From assembly GCA_036336835.1 (NCBI GenBank), contig JAYZFK010000006.1, positions 1-64,000 on the forward strand: 64,000 bases of DNA, read 5' to 3'. Below the pieces are notes generated by a model that was not told the origin of the DNA, ran no database searches, and worked only from the letters and a program-made list of their open reading frames with translations. Origin of the DNA: Myxococcota bacterium (GTDB lineage: Bacteria; Myxococcota_A; UBA9160; UBA4427). A program made the translations under genes and the position numbers. Positions 55,641 to 64,000 of this stretch are shown here, in pieces (the first letter of the stretch is position 1; the number at the start of each line of letters is the position of its first letter).

Positions 55641-56717
55641 ATGGCCAGCCAGCCGATGTCGCTCCCGAACCTGAAGGACCACGCCCCCGAAGCGTTGCGC
55701 GAACGCTTCCGCGCGGCCGGGATCGCGCCCTATCGGGCCGACCAGGTGGCGGCTTGGCTGTACCGGCGCGGCGTCGACGATCCGCGTGAGATGACAGACC
55801 TCGGCAGCGCGTTGCGCGAAAGGCTCGCGGCCGAGTGGGCGACGCGCTCGCTGGAGACGGCGTCGGTCCAGCGCTCGAGCGACGGCACGCGCAAGCTCGC
55901 GCTGCGCGCCGGCGACGGCGCCTGGATCGAGGCGGTCCTGATCCCCGAAGAGAGGCGCAACACCCTGTGTGTCTCGACCCAGGTGGGGTGTCCGCTCGAC
56001 TGCTCGTTCTGTGCCACGGGCGTACTCGGCTTCACGCGCAATCTCACGACCGCCGAGATCGTCGACCAGGTCTGCCGCGCCAGCGAGTTGCTGGATCCGG
56101 ACGAGTCGCTCAGCAACGTCGTCTTCATGGGCATGGGCGAGCCGCTGCTGAACCTTCCGAATGTGAGCGAGGCGATTCGGATCCTGACGCATCCCAGGGC
56201 GTTTGCGATGGCGCCACGTCGGATCACGGTCTCGACCGCCGGGCTGGTGCCCAGGATCCACGACCTGCTCGAAGTGGCGCCCGTCAACCTGGCGGTCTCG
56301 CTACACGCGACCACCGATGCGGTGCGCGACGAGCTGGTGCCGCTCAATCGGCGCTTTCCACTCGCCGTGCTGCTCGGCGCGCTGCGCGACGACCCGCTGG
56401 TCAATCGCCGCCGACCGGTGTTCTTCGAATACACCCTGATCGCCGGGGTGAACGACTCGCTGACCGACGCCCGGCGGCTGCCCGAGTTGCTGCGGGGCCT
56501 GCCGGCCAAGCTGAACCTGATCCCGATGAATCCGCACCCCGACACATCGGCCTCGCCCCCCGCGGGGGACGTGGTAGACCGCTTCGCCGCGGAGGTCCAC
56601 CGCGGCGGGCTCCGGGTGACGCTGCGGCGCGACCGCGGGCGCGACATCGACGCGGCCTGTGGGCAGCTGGCAGCGCGCGGTCTCGACCCCGGGGCGGCGG
56701 GGGCGCTCCCGGGCTAA
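55641..56717 (+). CDS. rlmN: 23S rRNA A2503 C2-methyltransferase (radical SAM)
   Basis: CVSTQVGCPLDCSFCATG, VFMGMGEP, LAVSLH, DIDAACGQL. Confidence 0.96.
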   Translation: MASQPMSLPNLKDHAPEALRERFRAAGIAPYRADQVAAWLYRRGVDDPREMTDLGSALRERLAAEWATRSLETASVQRSSDGTRKLALRAGDGAWIEAVLIPEERRNTLCVSTQVGCPLDCSFCATGVLGFTRNLTTAEIVDQVCRASELLDPDESLSNVVFMGMGEPLLNLPNVSEAIRILTHPRAFAMAPRRITVSTAGLVPRIHDLLEVAPVNLAVSLHATTDAVRDELVPLNRRFPLAVLLGALRDDPLVNRRRPVFFEYTLIAGVNDSLTDARRLPELLRGLPAKLNLIPMNPHPDTSASPPAGDVVDRFAAEVHRGGLRVTLRRDRGRDIDAACGQLAARGLDPGAAGALPG

Positions 56718-56773
56718 GGCTCAAGCCCTGGCTGTGTTGGGCCGATCGAGGCTGCGGAGAGGGTTGCGTCCGC

Positions 56774-57451
56774 ATGTTGTACGCCGTCGCCGATATTCAC
56801 GGTGAACTCGAGAAGCTCGAGGAGCTTCTCGAGCTGCTGCCCCTGGTGCAGGGCGACCGACTCATCATGCTGGGCGACTACATCGATCGCGGCCCCGATT
56901 CCTGCGGCGTGATCGAGTACCTGATCGAATTCGCCGAGCGATGGCCCTGCAGCTTCCTGCTGGGCAATCACGAGTCGATGTTCCTCGATTTTCTCGGCTG
57001 GACTGACGAGGCCTACTTCGGCGGGGACGCCTTCCTGCTCAACGGTGGCGACCGAACGCTCGCGAGCTACGGCTACTTCGATCGAGAGCTGCCGGATCGG
57101 GACAGCTTCAAGCTGCCGAAGGTGCACGAGGACTTCCTGCTGTCGCTCGAGCGCTTCCACATCGATGGCGACTACGTGTTCGTGCACGCCGGGATCGGAG
57201 TCTCGCAGCTGCAGCTCGACGACCCGGGCTACGCGCTGCGCAAGACACGTTGCGAAGATCTGCTGTGGAACCGCACCAGCTGCGATCTGCCGCATCGGCT
57301 GGGCGCCACGGTCATCTACGGGCATACGCCGTCGGCGGACTTCAGCGTTCGCTGGAATCTCCCCTATTCGATCGGGCTCGACACTGGCGCGGTCTACGGC
57401 GGCCCGCTGACGGCGATCCGGCTCCCCGACGAGACGATCTTCCAGGTCTAG
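56774..57451 (+). CDS. Metallophosphoesterase, PPP-type Ser/Thr phosphatase family
   Basis: DIHG, GDYIDRG, GNHE, HAG, GHTP, DTGA. Confidence 0.92.
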   Translation: MLYAVADIHGELEKLEELLELLPLVQGDRLIMLGDYIDRGPDSCGVIEYLIEFAERWPCSFLLGNHESMFLDFLGWTDEAYFGGDAFLLNGGDRTLASYGYFDRELPDRDSFKLPKVHEDFLLSLERFHIDGDYVFVHAGIGVSQLQLDDPGYALRKTRCEDLLWNRTSCDLPHRLGATVIYGHTPSADFSVRWNLPYSIGLDTGAVYGGPLTAIRLPDETIFQV

Positions 57452-57473
57452 TAGGCGACGGTCGCCGGCGACG

Positions 57474-58457
57474 TCAGGGTCGGTAGAAGATGATCTGGCT
57501 TCCGTCCCGATCGAAGCCGAAGCGCATCTGACGCAGGCCCGGCAGCTGGTGCGCGATCGCTTCGTGACGATCGGGCGGCGCGAAGAACATCAGGAATCCG
57601 CCACTGCCCGCGCCCAGCAGCTTTCCGCCCGTAGCGCCCGCCGTGCGCGCCGCCTCGTACCACTCGTCGATCTGCGAATCGCTGATCTCCTCGAGTAGCC
57701 CGCGCTTGAGCATCCAGTTCTCGTGCAGGATCTCGCCGAACAGGCCGAGGTCGTCACGTTCGAGTCCGACCTTGAGGTCGTGCGCCAGCGCCACCATCTG
57801 CTTGAGCGTCTCCTGGGCTCGCTCCTCACTCGCAGTTCTGGCCGATTGCTTGGCGAGCAGCTCCGATGCGCTCCGGCTGCGGCCGGTGTAGAAGACGGTG
57901 GTGTGGCTCTGCAGTTGCTCGAGTGTGTCGCGCGAGCAGATGATCGGGTCGATCGACACGGTCTCGTCCGGGTGGAAGCGGATGTAGCTGAGTCCGCCGA
58001 AGGCGGCGGCATACTGATCCTGCTTGCCGATCGGCTCACCGCAGATGTCGATCTCGATGTGGCAGGCCTCTCGCGCCAGCTGCTCGGCCGAGGCGTAGCG
58101 CTGTGCGAAGCCGTAGAGGGCGTGCAGCAGGCCGACCGTGAACGAGCTGGACGAGCCGAGCCCGGTGCCGCGCGAGGGGATGTCGGCCATCGACGACATC
58201 TCGACGCCGCCCTCGATGCCCACCTGTCGCAGCGCAGCTCGAATCAACGGGTGCTCGATGTCGCTCGCTCGCTCGACTTCCTCGGTGCGGGAGTAGCTCG
58301 CCCGCACGCCCGAATCGAACTTCTCGTTGACGGTGATGTACATGTACTTGTCGATGCTGGTCGACACGACCGCACCGCCGAACATTCGGTAGAAGGCGGG
58401 CAGGTCGCTCCCTCCGCCGACGAAACTCATCCGCATGGGCGTCTTGCTGATGATCAT
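57474..58457 (-). CDS. GHMP kinase, HddA-like heptose-7-phosphate kinase
   Basis: KTPMRMSFVGGGSD, GTGLGSSS, GKQDQYAAAFGG, GGKLLGAGSGG. Confidence 0.88.
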   Translation of the reverse strand: MIISKTPMRMSFVGGGSDLPAFYRMFGGAVVSTSIDKYMYITVNEKFDSGVRASYSRTEEVERASDIEHPLIRAALRQVGIEGGVEMSSMADIPSRGTGLGSSSSFTVGLLHALYGFAQRYASAEQLAREACHIEIDICGEPIGKQDQYAAAFGGLSYIRFHPDETVSIDPIICSRDTLEQLQSHTTVFYTGRSRSASELLAKQSARTASEERAQETLKQMVALAHDLKVGLERDDLGLFGEILHENWMLKRGLLEEISDSQIDEWYEAARTAGATGGKLLGAGSGGFLMFFAPPDRHEAIAHQLPGLRQMRFGFDRDGSQIIFYRP

Positions 58458-60355
58458 GGTCTCGGCTCCCGAATGACGATATCCGCAACCGCCGCGGTCC
58501 GTCGGATGAACGGGTGCTCGTCGGCTTCGCGCTGGTTGTAGAGGCGTTCGATCGATGCGGCATCCAGGCCGCGCCAACGGTACTCCCGGTCGAAGCGCCG
58601 GCGACGCTCGCCCTCGCTGCAGTCTACGTAGAATTGGCAGCGCGCGCGGACGACGAGCGCGTCGATCGCCAGCGCGGGAACGCCCTCGACGATGACGACG
58701 TCATCGGACTCGATACGCAGCGCCCCCTGCGGCGCGAGGCGCGTGCGAGTCCGGCGGTCGTAGCCGGCCAGCGCGAGCTCGATCGCAGCGCGTCGTCCGC
58801 TCAGTCGAGCCGCGAAGGCGTCGATGGCGGCGGTGTCGAAGCGCCCGAGGACGTGCCCGAGAGTGCGATCCGCCTCCGAGCGCAGCCAGGCGTCGAGCGG
58901 AATGCAGACCGCCCGCTGATGCCGCCGGCCGAGGGCCTCGCGGAAGATCGACGCCCAGGTGCTCTTGCCCGAGCGCCCCAGTCCCCCGAGCACCACCAGA
59001 TCGCCCGCGTGGCAGTCGGCCAGCCAGCCCGTCGCGCGCGCGACAGCGGGCTCGAACGCATCGAGCATGAAATCGGTGGCCTCGGCGAGGTCGAAGAACT
59101 CGTAGTCGGGCCGGGCCGCGTACTGGCCATCCTCGCCCGCGTGTCCGGTGCGCACCAGCAGCGCGCGCAGGCCGGCGTTGCGCGCCAGCTGGAGGTCGGC
59201 GGTGCGGTCGCCAACCATCCAGGAGTCGGCGGTGTCGATCTGCAGCTGCTCGGCGGCACGTTCGATCAAACCGATCGCGGGCTTGCGGCAGCTGCACTCG
59301 CGCTTGAGCTCTGGGCGCTCGCCCGCGAAGCCCTTGTCGGGGTGGTGCGGGCAATAGTAGATGGCGTCGAGGTAGGCCCCCTCCGCTCCGAGCAGCGTCT
59401 CGAGCTTGGCGTGGATGCGATCGAGCTCGGTTTCGCTGCACTCGCCGCGCGCGATCACCGGCTGATTGGTGATCAGCACTGCAAGACGCCCCGCGCGGTT
59501 CATCCGCCGGATCGGCGCAGGGGTGTCCGGCAGCAGCTCGAGCAGCTCGGCGTCGGCGAGATGGTTCTTCTCGATGTTCAGTGTTCCGTCGCGGTCGAGG
59601 AAGATGGCCGGTGCTCGGTTGCGCAGCGCCAGCCGCTCGACCAGCCCCGAGCGCACGTCCTCCTCGACCCGGGCCAGCCGATCGGGCGTGCCCATGTCCT
59701 TGATGTACTCGCGGCTGCGGTAGCTGTGGATCGCCACACCCGCCTCCAGCAGCCGCGGAAACAGGTGGTGGGCGAAGTCGAGCGGCTCGCGCGGCGGAGC
59801 CCACGGCTCGAGGGCCGCGCGATCCAGCACGTAGAGCGCTGCGTTGACGAGGTTGGGCAGGTGGAGCTCGGGGGGCCTCGGGTGCGGGTGGAAGGCCGTG
59901 ACCGCGCCGTGGGGGTCGACTGCCACGAGGTCCGAGTCGTGCGGGTGGTCGTTCGGGTGGACGAACAGCGTGACGGCGGCTCTGCTCTCCGCGTGGCGAC
60001 GCCACATGCGGTCGAGATCCACGTCGAAGATGGTGTCTCCATAGGCGACGACGAAGCGCTCGGCCAGCGCGGGAAGCGCCGCCAGCACTGCGCCGGCCGT
60101 GCCGAGTGGCTCGCGCTCGACGTGATAGCCGATGCGCACCCCGAAGCGCGCGCCGTCGCCGAGGGCGGCCTGGATCGCCTCGGCGCGGTGGTGGATCAGC
60201 AGCTGGACGTCTTCGAAGCCGTGATCGCGGGCGAGCGCGAGCTGGTGTTCGAGCACGGGGCGCGCGGCGATGTCGGCGAGCGGCTTCGGCCGGTCACCGA
60301 GCTCGAGGGCCAGCCGGGTGCCGAGCCCGCCTGCCAGAATGACGAGCTGCTTCAA
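58454..60355 (-). CDS. Triple fusion: nucleotidyltransferase + GmhB-like HAD-IIIA phosphatase + uridine-kinase-like P-loop domain
   Basis: ILAGGLGTRL..PKP; HPHDSD; FLDRDGT, TNQP, CPHHP, CSCRKP, MVGD; GGLGRSGKST, IPLDAW, IVEG; TTG start overlaps upstream stop. Confidence 0.88.
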   Translation of the reverse strand: MKQLVILAGGLGTRLALELGDRPKPLADIAARPVLEHQLALARDHGFEDVQLLIHHRAEAIQAALGDGARFGVRIGYHVEREPLGTAGAVLAALPALAERFVVAYGDTIFDVDLDRMWRRHAESRAAVTLFVHPNDHPHDSDLVAVDPHGAVTAFHPHPRPPELHLPNLVNAALYVLDRAALEPWAPPREPLDFAHHLFPRLLEAGVAIHSYRSREYIKDMGTPDRLARVEEDVRSGLVERLALRNRAPAIFLDRDGTLNIEKNHLADAELLELLPDTPAPIRRMNRAGRLAVLITNQPVIARGECSETELDRIHAKLETLLGAEGAYLDAIYYCPHHPDKGFAGERPELKRECSCRKPAIGLIERAAEQLQIDTADSWMVGDRTADLQLARNAGLRALLVRTGHAGEDGQYAARPDYEFFDLAEATDFMLDAFEPAVARATGWLADCHAGDLVVLGGLGRSGKSTWASIFREALGRRHQRAVCIPLDAWLRSEADRTLGHVLGRFDTAAIDAFAARLSGRRAAIELALAGYDRRTRTRLAPQGALRIESDDVVIVEGVPALAIDALVVRARCQFYVDCSEGERRRRFDREYRWRGLDAASIERLYNQREADEHPFIRRTAAVADIVIREPRP

Positions 60356-61338
60356 CGCCGATCCAGGATCCAGGGGTTCGCGACCAGCCAGTCGATCGTG
60401 GCTCGCACCGATTCCTGGATCGTGTACTGCGGCGTCCAGCCCGTCGCCTGGATCTTGCTCGCGTCGAGGAACACGAACGGGTTGTCGCCGACCCAACCCT
60501 GGCGGCCGCCGGTGAGCTCGATCTCGGGATCGACTCCGAGGTGATCGCAGATCCAGCGCACTGAGTCCATCAACTCGACGTACTCGGGCAGGCCGAGGTG
60601 GTAGATCTGCGTGCGATGCGGCGCGTCGACTGCGGTGCGACCGCGCACCGCGCACAACACGGCCGACACGCAGTCCTGCACGTGGAGGTACGACTTGCGC
60701 TGTGTGCCGTCGCCGAGCACCCGCAGGCGCGTCGGGTCCTTGCGCAGCGCGCTCACGAAGTCGAAGACGTGGCCGTGCGGATAGCGCTCGCCAAGCACGG
60801 ACACGAAGCGGAATCCGTAGCCTTCGAAGCCGAAGCCCTCGCAGTACGAGGAGACGAGTCCCTCGCAGGCCATCTTCGAGGCGCCGTAGAGCGACGTCTG
60901 GATCGGCACCGCGCAGCTCTCGGGCGTCGGGAACACCGAAGGCTCGCCGAGTGCTGCTGCGCTCGACGCGTAGGCGATGCCGATGATTCCGTGGCTGCGC
61001 ATCGCCTCGAGCACGTTGAAGGTCGCCAGGATGTTCTGCTCGATGTCCCTGCGCGGGTGATCGAGCCCGGAGCGGATGTCGGCGTTGGCGGCGAAATGGA
61101 ACACGAACTCGCAGCCCGCCATCGCATCGCGCAGGGCGGACTCGTCGAGACAATCTCCCTCGATCAATCGAAACGCCGGGTGGGCGCTCGCGGCTTCGAC
61201 GAACTCGTGCTGACCGGTCGAGAAGTCATCGTACGCGACGACCTGGTGTCCGTCGGCGAGCAGACGGTCGACCAGGTTGCTGCCGATGAAGCCCGCGCCA
61301 CCGGTGACGAAGCAGCGCGTTGTCGGTGCGTAGGGCAT
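60352..61338 (-). CDS. NAD-dependent nucleotide-sugar epimerase/dehydratase
   Basis: [14 protein letters not shown] (YxxxK), GDGTQRKSY. Confidence 0.92.
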   Translation of the reverse strand: MPYAPTTRCFVTGGAGFIGSNLVDRLLADGHQVVAYDDFSTGQHEFVEAASAHPAFRLIEGDCLDESALRDAMAGCEFVFHFAANADIRSGLDHPRRDIEQNILATFNVLEAMRSHGIIGIAYASSAAALGEPSVFPTPESCAVPIQTSLYGASKMACEGLVSSYCEGFGFEGYGFRFVSVLGERYPHGHVFDFVSALRKDPTRLRVLGDGTQRKSYLHVQDCVSAVLCAVRGRTAVDAPHRTQIYHLGLPEYVELMDSVRWICDHLGVDPEIELTGGRQGWVGDNPFVFLDASKIQATGWTPQYTIQESVRATIDWLVANPWILDRR

Positions 61339-61538
61339 GGCGGCTTCGTGTCTTGGCTGGCGGCGCCGATCAGGGAGCCTCGTGCCGCCGACAGGACGAG
61401 GAGGGGTCGGCTCGTCGCGGTGGGCGCGAGCAGGCTACACGCTCCCACCTGGGTCGTCCAGCGTGTCGTGGGTTTCGCTATGGTCGATCCGGCTCCCGTG
61501 CGTGTACGACGACCCCGGGCGGTCGTGCGAGGCCGGCG

Positions 61539-63260
61539 ATGAAACTGGTTCGCTACTTCGTCGCGGCCTATCCGCGTCAGAGCGCCATCACACTTGCGTG
61601 CCTGATCGCGGCGGCGCTCGCGGAAGGGCTCGGGCTGATGATGTTCGTCCCGCTGGTGGCGATCGTCACCGGCCGAGACGGCGGCGCGATCCCGATCGCG
61701 GGGCAGGGCGTCGCGGAGACTCTCGAGAGCGCGCTCGGCGCGCTCGGTCTGCCCTTTACGTTGCCCACCGTCGGGGTCGTGATCGCGATGTTGCTGTGGC
61801 TGAAGGCGGGCCTGGTGCTGGTGTCGATGCGCCGGGTCGGCAATACGGTCGCCTGGATCGCGACGGATCTCCGCCTGGAGGTGCTCGAGCAGCTGTTCGC
61901 GGCGCGTTGGAGCTACTTCAGCGGCCAGTCGATCGGTCGTCTCGCCAACTCGATCGCTACCGAGGCGTCGCGCGCCGCCAGCGCCTACCACCAGCTGGCC
62001 CTGGCGGCCAAGTTCACGACGCTGAGCCTGGTCGCGCTGGCCGTGGCCGTGTGGCTCTCGTGGCAGCTCGCGTTGCTCACGATGGCCGGCTGGGCAGTGA
62101 TCGGCACCGGGCTGAACGTGCTGGTGCGGATGTCCCGGCGCGCCGGCCAGAAGCAGACGACCGTGGTCAACTCGCTGCTGAGTCGGCTGTCGGATGCGTT
62201 GCTCAACCTGAAGCTGCTCAAGACGATGAAGCGCGAGCATCTGATCGAGCCACTGCTCACCCGGGACACCGACCGGCTGCATAAGGCCCTGCGCAAGCAG
62301 GTCCTGGCACAGGAGGCGCTGAACGCGCTGCAGGAGCCGCTGATCTTCGGAATCCTGGTCGCGACCGTGATCGTCTCGCGGTCTGCCGGACTGCTCCAGG
62401 TCGAGGAGTTGACGGTGATGCTGTTCGCGCTGATTCGCAGCCTGTCCGGCGCGACCAAGGTGCAGCGGCGCTACCAGCTGGCCGCGACCAACGCCCCGGC
62501 GCTCGACTCGCTGCGCGAGCTCGTCGCGAGTGCCGCCGCCGCGGCGGAGGATCTGCCGGTCGGGCGGGCGCCCACGCTCGAGCGCGCGATCGAGCTGAGC
62601 GGAATCCGCTTTTCGTACCAGGAGCAGCCGGTACTCGACGGGGTCGATCTCGAGATCCCTGCCGGCAAGATCACGGCGCTGGTCGGCAGCTCGGGCGGTG
62701 GCAAGACCACCATCACAGATCTCGTCACGGGGTTGATCCGCCCGGATGCCGGCACGGTGTGCATCGACGGTGTCCCGCTCGAAGAGCTCGACGTGACCGC
62801 CTGGCGACTGCGCATCGGTTACGTGCCGCAGGAGCTGGTACTGCTGCACGACAGTATTCGCACCAACGTGACCTTCGGCGACCCGGAGATCGACGATGCG
62901 GCGGTCGAGCAGGCGCTGCGGGCGGCGGGGGTGTGGGACCTGGTGAGTACGCTGCCCGGCGGGCTCGACGCGTCGGTCGGCGAGCGCGGCACGCTGCTGT
63001 CGGGGGGCCAGCGCGCACGCATCGGGCTCGCGCGCGCGCTGGCGGCGCAGCCCGTGCTGCTGGTGCTCGACGAGGCAACCGCCTCGCTCGATCCGGAGGC
63101 CGAGGCCGTGGTGCTCGAGACGCTCGAGCGGCTCCGCGGGAACGTGACCGTGCTTGCGATCGCGCACCAGCCGGCGCTGCGCGTGGTGGCCGACCGCGTC
63201 TACCGGCTCGAGGGCGGGCGTGTCGAGCGCGTCGAACGCGGCGAGCTGATCGCGAGCTGA
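61539..63260 (+). CDS. ABC exporter, fused permease/ATPase (MsbA/PglK-like)
   Basis: N-terminal TM domain; GSSGGGKT, LSGGQ, LVLDEAT, IAH. Confidence 0.9.
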   Translation: MKLVRYFVAAYPRQSAITLACLIAAALAEGLGLMMFVPLVAIVTGRDGGAIPIAGQGVAETLESALGALGLPFTLPTVGVVIAMLLWLKAGLVLVSMRRVGNTVAWIATDLRLEVLEQLFAARWSYFSGQSIGRLANSIATEASRAASAYHQLALAAKFTTLSLVALAVAVWLSWQLALLTMAGWAVIGTGLNVLVRMSRRAGQKQTTVVNSLLSRLSDALLNLKLLKTMKREHLIEPLLTRDTDRLHKALRKQVLAQEALNALQEPLIFGILVATVIVSRSAGLLQVEELTVMLFALIRSLSGATKVQRRYQLAATNAPALDSLRELVASAAAAAEDLPVGRAPTLERAIELSGIRFSYQEQPVLDGVDLEIPAGKITALVGSSGGGKTTITDLVTGLIRPDAGTVCIDGVPLEELDVTAWRLRIGYVPQELVLLHDSIRTNVTFGDPEIDDAAVEQALRAAGVWDLVSTLPGGLDASVGERGTLLSGGQRARIGLARALAAQPVLLVLDEATASLDPEAEAVVLETLERLRGNVTVLAIAHQPALRVVADRVYRLEGGRVERVERGELIAS

Positions 63261-63267
63261 AGTCGGG

Positions 63268-64000
63268 CTAGGGCTGGTCGAGGACCGAGAAGCCGCTGCC
63301 GATCAGATCCTGGATGTCGATCATTCCGAGCAGGATGCCGTCGTCGTCGACCACCGGGACCTCGTCGATCCCGTGCTCGCGTATCAGGTTCAGCGCATCC
63401 CCGACCCGGTCATTGCCGTTCACGCACTTGGGCTGGGTCGTCATCAGTCCGTCGACCCGCCGTTCGGCGAGCCGCTCGAGGTTGTCGAAGAAGCGGAAGA
63501 AATCGCCCTGCGTGAGGATGCCCCTCAGGTGCCCCGTACCGTCGATCACGACGGCGGCACCGGCGCGGCGCGGCGCTTTGATCATCACCTCGTAGCACTC
63601 GGCCAATGTCGCGCTCTCTTGCACCGTGGGGCAGTCAGTGCCCCGCCGCATGATCTCTCGCGCCTGCATCAGCGAGCGTCCGAGCGCACCGCCGGGATGG
63701 CGGTTGGCGTAGTCCTGCCTGCCGAACGAACGCAGCTCCATCACGGTGAGCGCGAGCGCATCGCCAAGCGCGAGCATCGCCGCGGTCGACGAACTCGGTG
63801 CCAGTCCGAGCGGGCACGCCTCGGGCGTGTCGCCGATGTTGAGCACGATGTCGGCATGTTGCGCGGCCTTTGAGTCGGGCGTAGCCGTCAGCAGGATCAC
63901 CTTGCAGCCGATCTCGCGCACCAGTGGCAGTACACGCACCAGCTCCGAGCCGCCGCTCTTGCTGAGCCCGATCACCACATCGTCGGGGCACACCATGCCG
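63268..64000 (-). CDS. KpsF/GutQ-family arabinose-5-phosphate isomerase (SIS + CBS), 5' end beyond the window
   Basis: LSKSG, EACPLGLAPSSST..LALGDAL, HPGGALG, two CBS repeats. Confidence 0.92.
   Translation of the reverse strand, partial: GMVCPDDVVIGLSKSGGSELVRVLPLVREIGCKVILLTATPDSKAAQHADIVLNIGDTPEACPLGLAPSSSTAAMLALGDALALTVMELRSFGRQDYANRHPGGALGRSLMQAREIMRRGTDCPTVQESATLAECYEVMIKAPRRAGAAVVIDGTGHLRGILTQGDFFRFFDNLERLAERRVDGLMTTQPKCVNGNDRVGDALNLIREHGIDEVPVVDDDGILLGMIDIQDLIGSGFSVLDQP

Noticed and set aside
1..64000. CRISPR arrays, tRNA/rRNA, IS elements, prophage or defence systems
   Set aside because: No regularly spaced repeats and no transposase, integrase, Cas or phage motifs seen by eye

Overview
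High-GC (about 70%) bacterial chromosome segment; gene content suggests a Myxococcota/deltaproteobacterial organism (inference). It is mostly core genome: thrH, uppP, an RpoD-family sigma factor, an SLC13/TrkA-C permease, an ArgA-like acetyltransferase, RNase P RNA, an HxlR-SCP2 regulator with a FadE24/FadE23-like acyl-CoA dehydrogenase pair, ndk, and the dcw cluster (mraZ to ftsZ, no ddl) with three MraZ boxes. It also carries a storage-lipid-like locus (ArsA/Get3 ATPase pair, PhaR-phasin-like protein, SDR, acyltransferase), tatA, pmm/pgm, a 2-phosphoglycerate-kinase-like gene, an AAA/VWA pair, sppA, trmB, rlmN, a GDP-heptose-type sugar-nucleotide cluster and a partial kpsF. The best candidate for an undescribed system is the minus-strand block at 44.2-48.8 kb. 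It encodes a MerR-type HTH, a ParA ATPase fused to a glycogen-binding CBM48 domain, a Walker-A-less MinD/FlhG-like protein and a degenerate NucS-like protein, followed by an ECF sigma factor and a hydrolase; it may position glucan granules. Also notable: an unlisted 28-aa hydrophobic ORF downstream of a perfect TGTGA-N6-TCACA site, and a fold-back inverted duplication in the first 282 bp that is probably an assembly artefact. I saw no CRISPR array, tRNA, rRNA, transposase or integrase. All family calls come from motif recognition; no database search was run.
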